Shown here: in pieces, positions 13,732 through 25,359 of the stretch
Layout of the letters: every line of letters begins with the position of its first letter
Position numbering within the stretch: the stretch's first letter is position 1
DNA from: Anthoceros angustus
Taxonomy: Eukaryota > Plantae > Anthocerotophyta
Direction: 5' to 3'
DNA length: 64,000 nucleotides
Assembly (NCBI GenBank): GCA_010909165.1
Contig: MU008173.1
Span: forward strand, 806,001 to 870,000
Made by a program: the position numbers and the translations under genes
The notes under the pieces: generated by a model
What the model was told of the DNA's origin: nothing
The model's database searches: none
Seen by the model: the letters and a program-made list of their open reading frames with translations, nothing else

Positions 13732-13874
13732 CTTTGGCTTTGTGAAATAAGCCTAATTTGCGGAAACAGATTTGTGGAATAAGCCTAATTTGCACAAACC
13801 TTTGGCTTTGTGGAATAAGCCTAACTTGCGCAAACCTTTGGCTTTGTCGAATAAGCCTAACTTGCGCAAACCTT
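13732..13874. repeat. 36-bp minisatellite, about 4 copies
   Basis: Unit CTTTGGCTTTGTGGAATAAGCCTAACTTGCGCAAAC. Confidence 0.85.
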
Positions 13875-15029
13875 GTTTTGGAATCGAGTAACTTCAACAT
13901 GCATTCACTCCCCCAACGTGTTTACTATAACTTAGCCAAATGACTTAGTTGTTTTGAAGCAAGCCATTACGCAAGCTAGATTCAAATTTTTAAAGAAGGC
14001 ATTTTAAAATATCTTACTTCCAATTAGGTATCATTTATTAGAGGAAATAGCGATATATATCTGTCCAAACCCATACTATTTAGAATGTTTTTAACATTCA
14101 CTGAATAATTTTTGTGTTTTAAGGTACAACTAAAAAATAATGATTAAGCACCGAATCATTATATCACCTACAATATACAAGAGCTTTTCTTAAAAAATTA
14201 TTTTACGGCTCTCCTAGTGTGTAAGGGGTTTGGTCTAGTGACATGACATGCTGGCAAAATGCGTTTTCACCAAAAAAAAACTGGCAAAATGCGTACCCAG
14301 AGGATACGTACGCAGAGAATGGGAGTTCGTTCTCGCATGGCCATTTAATGCCAATACAAACGAAGAAGAGCATTTTCCATTACCTTTGTGGTGATTCTGC
14401 GATTTCTCTAACCTTTGCACGGGGTTGGATTAGTTGTGTGGCAGGGGTTTTATTTTACAAGTAGAACATGGAGTTCGGCCTTCGGATGGTTTGTGCTTCT
14501 GGCCTGATAGGAGATGTATTGTCTTCTCGTTCTGTTCACCTATTTAATTACAAGTTGATTTTCCACGGAGAAAAGAACTGTTATGCAAGCAAAGAGTTGT
14601 GAGCTGCCGCTGGTTGCCATGCTTCTTGCCACCGAATCCAGCAGGCCTAGTCTTAGCCCATCTCCCAATTTTTGTGGCCTGGCCTACATTCTCCGGCTGG
14701 CTACTGAACCCTGTCAAATGGTTGAGTTATGCCTTTACTGGACTTGAGACGGTGGTTGTACCGGCCGTGGCCCTGCATAACCTGCCTGCACTGGCTGATT
14801 CTGAGCCAGCCCTGCCATCGTTGCGGAGCTGTCCCTGTGGCTGTAGCTCTGGCGTCTGTGTCGCAATCGATTCAAAGCTTCACGCTTTGTATCAATTGTG
14901 TAGGAAGTTTACTTTTAAGAAGTAAACAGTAAACTACTTACTGTTAGCTAGATCGCGGTTCGCTTATTCGGGAACTAGCTCACCGTTTGGTACAAAATGT
15001 GTGCGAAGTGTTGCAGCTTGGTAGATACT

Positions 15030-15780
15030 TGAAGAGTGGTGACATATACTGCCCTGATTGCAGGGTATCCCAGCAGGACATGGGCCAGGAAGCCCTCTGT
15101 CTTTACAGTGGTATGCAAGAAGTGGGTATGGCAGTACTTAACCAATTCCTTGCCAATTGTGAAGCGGGCATCCATAGCAGTAACCAATTCCTTGACAATT
15201 GTGTGCCTAGGCAACTGGAAATGTAGCAGCTTTGCATCTGGGCAGGTAGCTGAAAGCATGGTTGTTGCACAACATGTGTTTGATCCAACGACCGATTCGG
15301 AAAGGGATGTTTCCTTATGGAGTGCCCTGATCGCAGGCTACACCAGTCAGTGAAGTGGTGTTTGATGAGTTGGGCCACAGAATGCGATAGGCGGATGGCA
15401 TCCAGCCATACGGGATCCCATTCGTCAGTGTACTAACAGCATACAGTCACGGGGGTCTTGTCAGGCCTTCAAGGCGTCGGAGCACTTTGCGGCTGTGAGC
15501 AGACACTACGGCATCACTCCCGGGGTGGAGCAATACAAACACGTGGTGGACATACAGTATGTCCTGGGCCGTGCAGGCTAACTGGAGAAGGCTCCAGCTT
15601 TTCGTGAGCATGATGCCCGTGCTGGAGTGCTTGTCAAAAGTGGAGCAACGTGGAGGCGGGGAGCCCATCTTTCCAGGAGGCAGTGAGGCTAGACAGGGCA
15701 TGCGCTGCAGCATGTGTGTTGATGTCCAACATATACAGCGGTGCCCAGATGTGACAAGTGCGGGTGAGGAGAAACGGAAT
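15030..15780 (+). pseudogene. PLS-class PPR gene relic with E-domain-like remnants
   Basis: VVTYTALIAGY, RDVSLWSALIAGYTSQ, YGITPGVEQYKHVVD, LFVSMMP; multiple stops and frameshifts. Confidence 0.75.
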
Positions 15781-17567
15781 TAGGGCAGGAGGGCAGCCAG
15801 GTCAGAGCCGGTGCAGGAGAGAGTGGAGTGGAGAGGCCGTCGAGAATGGTTGCCTTGCAGCTTCTTCCAAGTAAAGCTACCGTGAGTTGCAAAGGCTAAC
15901 AGCAAGAGGTCAAATCAAGGGGCCAGGGCAAGGGGGGCAAATCAATACCATGCTTGGAGCCGGCGGCAAGTTGGCTTCCCAAGTCCAAGCATTTGCAGTG
16001 GCCGTCGAGAAAATGTTTACCTTGCAGCTTCTTCCGGATGCTTCAATTCTCAGGACACCCAAGCAAGAAACTATGCACCTGCAGGTCCCGTCCCTCCAGG
16101 TGACAACTTCCTTCATTGTGATACACGTATAGCGCTGGTAGGATCTGTGTTGCATTCGTGCCACGCGGCAGGCAAGTTTCAGTCCGTTGTGCTTCACAGT
16201 TTCCGTGGGCAGTGGAGCTATGGGCGCGGCGGACCCGCATCGGAGGAGGTGGCGGTGACAGACGCCCTTGCCTGAGTTTCATAACTGGCCCGAAGAGTTT
16301 AGGCCCAGCATCAAACATGACGTGTACCACGCAGACCTGCCGGTGGTGGATCTGCTCCTGTCTTCCAGCTGGAGGAGCTGATTGCCAAGGGGGAAGCCTC
16401 AGTTGGGTACTGTGTTGTGCAACAACCCCAAGCGCAGGAACAGGCTTTTTCCTCGCCCCGCATGGCGATACAGACTTAGTGATTCCTCCCCAACTTGACC
16501 ACTCGGACCACCCTCGCCGCTATCGGACTTTCAAACCACACGAGCTCTTTCAGCATATGCGATCCGTGGGAGTCAAAGGTCGCGGACATCTCACCCGCCA
16601 CTTTCAGCTCTGCCCTAGCATACCGTCCTTTGCTTGGCCATCCTTTGCTTGGCACCTACAGCTAAAAAGTACGTCGGCCAAACTGTACACATACATACAG
16701 AATTGTAGGAGGAGTTATGAGTGGAGTTGTCGCAGCGATGGTGTCGTATGCGGGGCGGTGCATCTGTTATAAGGCCCCTTCATGCCTGCCAGCCTCAGGC
16801 TTTTCCAGTTTGATCCACTTGGAAGATGAGGTACCATGACCCATCTATCAGACAAGCGAGTTGAAGTACTCGGACTAGTCCCTTGTGTCCCTGCTCCACC
16901 CTTCCCCGTCGACCTCTTTTGCTCATTTTGATTTTCAGAGATCCTCATGGATCTTGATGCAGACCTTTTAGAACAGTTCTTTCCCTCCCACCCTCCTCCC
17001 CGCTTTTACTACCTTTTAAAACAGTCCTCCCTTCCCTCCCAGCCTCCTCCCCGCTTTTACTACCACACTGCGACATTTACAACACGGTTTTGAATCGGAG
17101 TACACTTTCCTACGTTATTTTTACTATAATAACAACAATAATTTTATTTATGTCCACATAGGATGGAAGCACCATTATGGGACAAAGATAGAAAAGCATA
17201 AAAAGAGGTGAAAAACTGAGTACATGAACTAAAGAGATGGTAAAAGTATGTGTTACAAATAAGAAATAAGAAGGCAATCCAAATAATCAATCAACAATGT
17301 CACAAATAGAGGTAGAGGATTATGCTCCAAAATAACCAACTTATCACCACAAAAAAGGCCACCTGTCCCAAAGCACGAGTAGCCTTAAAGGCAGGCAATT
17401 TCTCGTCAATTTCTCCTTCTTATTTCGCCACTGCAACGGGGTGAGAGGTTTCGCTTGGGTCTGATCCAGCCACTAACGTGTTCTCTTCCGACCTGCTGCT
17501 GTGGGGCCTCCATCGACAACGCTGGGGCCAATGGGTGGACATCGTATTGCTACACACGACGCTGTCC

Positions 17568-18495
17568 GAGACGTCATGTTCTTGATGGCCAAGGAGAGCG
17601 GTTTCTTCGCTTTCAAGGAGCGGCAGTATACTTTGCTCAATGGCGTCTTTATCAAAGCTGACCTTTTCTTGACGCGGGGGGACGCGGTCTCGGTTGCGGA
17701 TATGGTTGTCACTGACTTAACCAAAAATTCTGCTAGTGACCATGTCATCATCAACCCTCCAGGTTGGGCGACGGAAGAGAGCGCAACTAAGAAAATTCAC
17801 AAGTACATGGCCATGTAGCAAGGTCACATTTTCATCCCCCTTGCCACTGAAACCCATGGGCCCTTAGGAAAGGTTTTTTCTCGTTTTATCGAGGAGTGCG
17901 CAAGGGCCTACTACAACGACAGGGCCGGGTTGGCCTCCCCCTTTCTAGTGTCATGCCATATTTCAGGCAATGGGTTTCCATCGCCCTACAAAGGGTGTTG
18001 GCCAGCGCAATCTTTAGGATGATCACGAGTCGGAGACGTCATGTTCTTGATGGCCAAGGAGAGCGGTTTCTTCGCTTTCAAGGAGCGGCAGTATACTTTG
18101 CTCAATGGCGTCTTTATCAAAGCTGACCTTTTCTTGACGCGGGGGGACGCGGTCTCGGTTGCGGATATGGTTGTCACTGACTTAACCAAAAATTCTGCTA
18201 GTGACCATGTCATCATCAACCCTCCAGGTTGGGCGACGGAAGAGAGCGCAACTAAGAAAATTCACAAGTACATGGCCATGTAGCAAGGTCACATTTTCAT
18301 CCCCCTTGCCACTGAAACCCATGGGCCCTTAGGAAAGGTTTTTTCTCGTTTTATCGAGGAGTGCGCAAGGGCCTACTACAACGACAGGGCCGGGTTGGCC
18401 TCCCCCTTTCTAGTGTCATGCCATATTTCAGGCAATGGGTTTCCATCGCCCTACAAAGGGTGTTGGCCAGCGCAATCTTTAGGATGATCACGAGT
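17568..18495. repeat. 465-bp internal tandem duplication of the RLE region
   Basis: 17568-18030 appears identical to 18033-18495, including the same premature TAG. Confidence 0.95.
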
Positions 18496-18566
18496 GCTGG
18501 AGACGCGGCATCGGCGGCACCAGTGGTAGGTAGGCCCCTATCTCGGACGGCAATATGTTGGGGGCG

Positions 18567-18961
18567 GTTGGGGGTTATAGGGTAGATTAGTGCGGGGGCA
18601 TGCCCCCCTGGCCTGGTGCCCCGTCGTGGATTGTCCCGGTTGGGGGTTATAGGGTAGATTAGTGCGGGGCATGCCTCGGCCCGTGCCCGTCGTGGATTGT
18701 CCGGTTGGGGTTATAGGGTAGATTAGTGCGGGGCATGCCCCCGGTGCCCGTGTGGATTGTCCCTTGGGGTTATAGGGTAGATTAGTGCGGGGCATGCCCC
18801 TTGGCCCGTGCCCGTCGTGGATTGTCCCGGTTGGGGTTATAGGGTAGATTAGCGGGGCATGCCTCGCCTGTGCCCGCCGTGGATTGTCCTGCTTGGGGTT
18901 ATAGGGTAGATTAGTGCGGGGGCATGCCCCCTTGGCCTGGTGCCCCGTCGTGGATTGTCCC
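18567..18961. repeat. Six tandem ~62-70-bp copies of the retroelement 3' UTR module
   Basis: Unit GGTTGGGGTTATAGGGTAGATTAGTGCGGGGCATGCCCCTTGGCCCGTGCCCGTCGTGGATTGTCCC. Confidence 0.92.
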
Positions 18962-19464
18962 CTTTCGCCTCCGAGTAGATGGGATTTCCCATCTCGTTCT
19001 TTTTATAAAGTCTCCACATTCCCCTTGATGTTGCAGTTATGTTGAAATCTTGAGGTCTTGTTACACTTTTTGAGCCCTTCGTTAGAGTTTGGTTTGGAAA
19101 TCAATCCTTCCCCTTTTTACATTCTTGTTACAATCTTGTTGCAAGCATGTTGCAATTTAGTGAGAGGTAGTATATGTCCCCTCTCAAAATTTCAACATAA
19201 TTGTAACAACCAAAGTGTTACATGGCCAGTAGTGAGAATTGATGGGTGCTAAATTTTAACAATCGGCTTTGATGGCCCGATTGATCAGTAATTTATACCT
19301 TAATATAAAATAAAATTCTTAATATGATATATAAGTATATCTAATAATGTAATATTAGTATCTACATATACATCTACAATTATCTACATATACGTATCCC
19401 CTGTAATTATCCACATATAAGCATACATATCCTCTACTTTATCATGATTATAAGTGCACAATGG

Positions 19465-19690
19465 AAGAAGAAGAAGAATAATAATTTTATTTAAGTCCAC
19501 TAAGGACGGATTTCCGTCATGGGACTTGGTACTTGACAACTTGTACCATGGTGTGCTTAAGCTACTTGCACCAAGGGCATCCATTCCCTTTAAGCACCCC
19601 ATCTAAGTACCGATCCAAGTGCAAATACTTAATAATGATGTTCTTATGAATGTGTATCCATTTGGATGGACTTAAATAAAATTCTTCTTC
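19465..19690. mobile_element. MITE-like element with ~20-25-bp inverted termini
   Basis: GAAGAAGAA...AATTTTATTTAAGTCCA at left, TGGACTTAAATAAAATTCTTCTTC at right; interior recurs elsewhere in the window; TSD not identified. Confidence 0.7.
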
Positions 19691-20410
19691 ATTTGAACAC
19701 ACATCGGCTGCACATCATGATCACTTTATTTTCTTCAAATTCATAACATGTAGGATTTTAATATTTTTCGATCGATTAATAACTAATTAAATTTGAAATA
19801 ATATAAAATAAATAATGAAAAAGGTTAATGGTTCCATCTCAAATCTCAAATCTCAAATCTGGATAAAAGTTCTGCAAATATTTACCCTGTGGAGGGGCAA
19901 GTAACCACGGCAGACTGTGCAGTTGGATCGTCGGATGAGGGACTTTGACGAGGCGTCGTTGGTCGGAGCAAAGACGGGAAAGAGGCGAGCAGTCCATGGG
20001 GAGTGGAGACGGCGTGGGGGAATGGAAAGGTGGTGCGACCAGTGAGCGCGTAACGCGTACGGCAGGACGATGGCGGTAAGGACTTCACACTGGACAGGGC
20101 ATTTAATAAGGAGCTGCATCTGCACAGGTGAGTCGGTGGGGTCGCCTCGACTGTACCCGAGACCTAATAAAGGGCAGAGATGGAGACTGGAGCACGGGCC
20201 CGCAAGCCTATTTCGACTAAAGCTGCCTCTGCGTCCGTCTCTGCCTCTTCTCCTGCTGCTGCCCATCTTACCTCGTCGCGCACGGAATCATACTGCAGCC
20301 CCGGCCCGTATATACGCAGTATGTACATTTGTGGACGCCACTAGGGTAGAGTGTCGTGAAAAGCTGGCAAAGGGACTCGTCGTGGAGGAGCAGCCGATCC
20401 AGCTGCAGCC

Positions 20411-21910
20411 ACATCGGCTCTGGATCCCTTCTACCTGCGGAGGAGGAGGTTTAGGACCCATCAGAGAGTTGGGTACGCATCCACTTGGATGTTATGTCAC
20501 ACTTGGTTGCTCGAGCAGTCCCTACCACTCGTGGGCTGCTTCAGATCTACGGTTAAGCTTGGTGGGTTCGCGGCGACGGCCGTGTGACACTGTGGACTGC
20601 GTGGTGCAGACAACGAATCTGCACAGGGATTGTGCTAAATGGGAACAGTTGCCGGCTGGCGGAAGTGAGACTGCTCAGCTGGCCAAGCAGCTGCTTTCGG
20701 GCTTTTAAAGGCCTAGACTGGCAGGTGAGGCGGCCATTGGCCTGATGGGTGACGTGCCTGCTCTGGAAATCGGGGTGTGGATTCTTGTGAGGTAGAGACG
20801 GAGCGGGGCTGGAGCAGGGAGAGCTCGTGCAAGTTTGTGTTTCTTCCTGGGAGTCCACGTTTTGGAGCGCATTGCGCAATTGCGGACATCTCCAAGGCAA
20901 GGCTTGAGGGACACTGCTGGGCATTTCCACTTCTCCATCTTTGAGGAGCCGGTTTTGGGGTGTGAAGGTGGATGAACTTGCTAGGGCCATAACAGGTGAC
21001 AGCGAGGGATTCGGCGAGATTCAGCGAGATTCAGCGTCGATGCTGCCGAGATTGGCTGGCAAAGGCGATGGACGAGCTGTACTCGCGCGCAGGTGAGGAG
21101 TTGTCCTGCTCGGCTCTGCTTTTACTGGATGATGTTGCTTGAGGCAGGAGTTATGAATGACCCCTGCCTTTTTACACAGGTTGCTAGTCTGCAAAAAGCC
21201 ATGCAAAATGTATTTAAACGGAAACCTGGAAGTGTATCTGCCAATTGGCGGGAGCTGTTTAGGATGCTAAGTGATCGTGTGGGCACCAGTCGGGCTGTGT
21301 TTGTTTATACTGGGGGCTGCGTCGGAAGAGAATCTGACGGACAAGTGCTGATATTGAAGTAAGCTACTGACACATCTAACGGAGGGTTGTTTCTCTCTTT
21401 CAACACTGCGGAATTTTTTCCTCAATGCCTTTGTTGTTCTGCCAACACTATCTGTCAGGGAACAAGAGGAAGAGCTAGATGAGATACACTCAAGTGTGGA
21501 GCTCCTTGGAAGGGTTGGACTGACTGTTCTTGAAGAGCTCACTGGACAGGTAATACTTTGCTGCATGCTTTTGGAAGCTTGCTTGATGAGTGAAAGCTTG
21601 ATTAGGAATGTTGGAGGCCTGTAAGAGCTCCGCAGTGACCTGCAAGGATCTTGTCTTGGCTCTCTGATGCCGTGTGATTGTATTCTGACTTCAGGAAAGT
21701 CTCCTGGACGATTTTGGTCGGGACATGGGCAGCACCTTGAGCAGGGTGGATTTTGTGCAGGTGCTGTATCATGTCTCCGTTCACTTCTTTCTTACGTAGG
21801 TACAGAAGAAGTGTGCCTCTGATGGAATGAATCTGCTGTGCAGAAAAAAAACAGAAAGGGAAATATATAGGAGTCTGTTATTTTGGGATTTGCAGCATTG
21901 GCAGGAGTGA
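20411..21910 (+). pseudogene. SYP61: SYP61/syntaxin-6-like Qc-SNARE gene: N-terminal exons frameshifted, SNARE exons intact, TM anchor absent
   Basis: DPFY (20423), KWEQLPAGGSETAQLAKQLL...LDWQ|VDELARAIT...RRWTSCTRAQ| need frameshifts; exons 21180-21358, 21459-21549, 21695-21760 give RESDGQVLILKEQEEELDEIHSSVELLGRVGLTVLEELTGQESLLDDFGRDMGSTLSRVDFVQ. Confidence 0.8.
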
Positions 21911-21989
21911 GGGCGTGAGGTAGAGCAGGAGTGTTCGTACAACGCAGTTCTATATACCCAGACGAGCCGCAAGGCTGGACGGAATTTAG

Positions 21990-24022
21990 CAGGGCACGAC
22001 GGGGGCCGCTTCTTCTAAGTCGGCTTTGGTAGCCAGAGTCGATGGACTTGCAAGAAATGGCAGACTCCTGGGCATTAGCGTGGGAGCCGTGTACATTCGG
22101 CATTTGATGTCCAAGCAGCACCGTCGCCTTATCACTTCCGAAGGCTATGACCTGGACATGACTTATATAACAGATCGGCTGGTGGCCATGGCCTACCCAG
22201 CACAGAGAATGCAGTCATTGCTCAGGAATCCCATGTGGCAAGTGCGTGCGGCGCTGGATAATCGCCATGGCTCCCACTATAAGGTGAGGACTTTGCTTCC
22301 TGCCTGCATTGCAGAGGAAGAAGGTCGAATCAGTCGTTGTGGTTCCAACAGTATGTGCCATGATTCGCATTTCATGTGCCTCCTGTGAGGGAAGGAGAAC
22401 AAACAGGAAGTTGTTGGGAAAGTTGCATAAACAACTTGCCTGACCGCGGCAATTCCTTCGCCCTGCAGGTGTATAACCTTTGTGCAGAGGCTTGTTATGA
22501 TCCTCAGAATTTCCATGGCCGTGTTGAGATGTGGCCTTTTGAGGACAATCACGTGCCACCCTTCTCTTTGATCAAAAGTTTCTGTGAGAGTGTGCAAGAC
22601 TGGCTCGCCGGGGACCCTCAAAATGTGGCAGTGGTGCATTGCATGGTAGGTAACTGCAACATTTTTGTGTGGGTTGGTCTGCTACTTTTATTTGGTTCTA
22701 TGTCTTGTGTTAACATAAGCTTCGCATGTACACGTGTGGTTTCAGGCGGGGAAAGGCCGGACTGGATTGATGACGTGCTGCTATCTTGTCTTTAAGGGTA
22801 TGCCATCTGAAGAAGCCCTTCAGCTGTATGCAGACCGTCGCTCGACTAATAATGAGGGGGTCAGTATTCGACCAATGTGTCTTCCTGTGTCGTAGGAGTT
22901 CCTTCTGCTCTGTCTGGCCTGACTTTTCATGAAGAGCTAACACATGTGGTGGTGGTATTATGTGTGCACTAGGTCTCCATAGCAAGTCAGCGGCGGTATG
23001 TAGGATTCTGGGCAAAGATAGTTGAACCTGCCATCAGGTCTGGCACTGAGGTCCGTGTACCACCGTCACTAACTAGAGAGCTTCGCAGAATTCGTCTGTA
23101 TGACACAAGTGGTTCAGTCAAGTTCAGGATTTTGCAGCTCATGGAGGTAGTCACGATGCCTTTCTTTTAGCAAGTTGCATGTTGGACAACATTTTGGTCT
23201 GCTTTATAGAGAACTCATGGATCCAGAATTACTTGTCTGTTTGCTGCCTGTTGAAGGTATGTGGACTTCCGTTGTTAACTGCTCCTGAATGATGTTTGAG
23301 AGTGTGCAGACACCAGGGCAGTTATTCAAACCAGCTGTAGAAGTGGCTACTGGAATTTGCCAATCTATGAGGAAGGGTCTCCACCGATCTGTGAGCCCAC
23401 GTTACTATCTTTCATTTCTTTCACGTGACGGTGAAGAAAAGAAGGTTGAAGCTGAGAAGGCCAGGTGGGTTGTGCAAATGGAAACTGAAAAAATCGGAGG
23501 TCAAAAGAGGCCCTACCTGGAGTACTACTTCGAAAAGCCACTCTGTGTATGCGCCTCCGCCCAGTTCTGACACTTTTGCTCTTTCTGAGGTTGTTGGTTG
23601 GTTCCAAGTCCTTCTTTTGCCAGACAAACATTTCTGACGTCTGCAGAGCCTGCTCCTGGTGACAGATAACAGACGACTTTAGAATAATATTTTATGATAA
23701 AAGTGGTTCAAGAATGTTCTACGCCTGTTATAACACGAGTTTCATTCAAAATAGCATGATACAGGTCCTTTCACCTTCCTTCATCTTGTGCTGGCAGTGT
23801 TCCCCATTTCAATGGTGTTTTGGGCTAACCGTATCTCTAGATGTTGATTGTGTGAACTACCTGCAGCTGAGCCGCGGAGATATGGACAAGGATAGCGGGA
23901 CAAACATATGTGGCCCTTCGTTCGGTGCCGAGTTACTCTTTGGGCCCGTGGGAACTCACTATCCGGTCCAGCCGGAATTACCCACAGTGGACGCGAGTGA
24001 CAACCTTGATGAATTGTTTTAG
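21990..24022 (+). CDS. PTEN1: PTEN1-like phosphoinositide phosphatase (phosphatase plus C2); start codon unresolved
   Basis: YIRHLMSKQHRRL...GYDLDMTYITDRL, RNPMWQV, YKVYNLC, PFEDNHVP, catalytic HCM|AGKGRTG, VSIASQRRYV; no internal stops in spliced model. Confidence 0.9.
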
Positions 24023-24789
24023 AGGTGCGAAGTTCTGCAGATCAAGCCAATGTAAGTTATCATGGATTGGTCTGTGCTGAGGCTTTGTGCACGATGGTAT
24101 GGACGCTTCGGTGTAGGACACTGCGCGTGAACTAGCCTGCAGATTGGAAGGTGTGTGTGCGCAATGTATACTTTGTAGCTTAGTACTCTAATGAACATTT
24201 GGAGGCGCCTGCAGGGATAGGTGCAAAGAATCTGCGGCACGAAAAACTGCGTCTCTTTGCTTGCCTTTGCCACCTCATTTTTCAGTATAGTTAACTGATA
24301 AGCTACATCACGCGAGTGTTCTCCCTGCAAGTAAACTGGAGTATCAGAGTAGAGACTATTGGATTTATTGTTTTCTCTGGTAATTGGGAATTTGCGTTGT
24401 AATTGATCACTTGACATAACTTAATTCGAAGAGTCCCACATGCACGTGGCTTCTCGAACGGAGGTTGTGTAAAGCGTAGAACTTTGTTTGTTTGAATGTT
24501 ATCGGTACTACTACGATGGAACTCTACGCACAAGAGGCATTGGAAACAAGATATGGATCCTTGTGGACTATGATTATTTTTTAACCGAAAATAATATAAT
24601 TAAAAGTAACTTGATTACTTTCTATCAAAACCAGAAAAAATAAGGGACTTTATTCAATAAGCGGGGATGAGTGAAGCCTTATCTTTACCAAGATATTGGA
24701 AAATAAATACCAAAATATTGGGAAATATATCCCTAAAGAGTATTAAGCATTAAATCTAGATAGTTTGGTTTAGCAAAGCATTCGGAAGA

Positions 24790-24940
24790 GCAGAATGAAC
24801 GTGTACATACCTATGTGTAGACCTATTCTTTTGCAATGGCAGAATGAACGTGTACATACCTATGTGTAGACCTATTCTTTTGCAATGGCAGAATGAACGT
24901 GTACATACCTATGTGTAGACCTATTCTTTTGCAATGGCAG
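24790..24940. repeat. 49-bp tandem repeat, 3 perfect copies
   Basis: GCAGAATGAACGTGTACATACCTATGTGTAGACCTATTCTTTTGCAATG x3. Confidence 0.95.
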
Positions 24941-25001
24941 GGCAAAAGTTATGCAACCCGACAGAATTTCCGGAAGGAAATTTCTGGTGAGCAATCTCCT
25001 G

Positions 25002-25344
25002 AAGAAGCTCGAACACCTCATTTCCATTGCAAATAAAATTTCTTCACATATTATTCACAAGACCACAACCTTGGAGCCAGCAGAAGCCCTTGACTCCCTT
25101 TGGGTTTAAAATGATGATCTATATCATGGCAGATACTTATTCTGGGGGATCTTTGGTTGTAAGCCTAATCAAAGCTTGATCAGGTTCACAACCAAAGATA
25201 CCCAAAATAAGTATCTACCATGATACAAATCACCATCTTGCAGCCAACGAGAGTCAAGAGTTTGTACTAGCTCCAAGGATGTGGTCTCGTGAATAATATG
25301 CAAAGAAATTCTATGTGCAATGGAATGAGGCATTTGAGCATCTT
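25002..25344. repeat. Long imperfect inverted repeat (fold-back), ~170-bp arms, essentially no spacer
   Basis: Centre AAGCTT 25172-25177; CATATTATTCACAAGACCAC pairs with GTGGTCTCGTGAATAATATG, ATCTTTGGTTGT with ACAACCAAAGAT. Confidence 0.9.
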
Positions 25345-25359
25345 GAACAGGTTGATGCT

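Larger units (their letters stand above)
17460..19016 (+). mobile_element. 5'-truncated non-LTR retrotransposon with restriction-like endonuclease (CRE/Zepp-like)
   Basis: TCCCGASID..., GGHRIATHDAVRD, KADLFL...VADMVVTD, KKIHKY, FIPLATETHGPLG, RQWVSIALQRVLASAI: Zn-knuckle plus RLE C-terminus; in-frame TAG; structured 3' UTR ending ATAAAGTCTCCA. Confidence 0.8.

Noticed and set aside
16158-16772. 204-aa ORF
   Set aside because: No recognisable domain or splice structure; probably relic sequence
17125-17440. Possible L1-type 3' end on the minus strand
   Set aside because: Only a tail-like terminus; coding remnant too short to classify
18567-18961. CRISPR-like array or HDV-like ribozyme (CCCGTCGTGG resembles an L3 loop)
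   Set aside because: No unique spacers or cas genes; I could not build P1/P2/P3 pairings by eye; an Infernal search would be needed
20610-20992. MTOPVIB-like similarity (FKGLDWQ, DELARAI)
   Set aside because: The same residues fit SYP61 (IEWQ|VDELEKAI) with collinear exons far better
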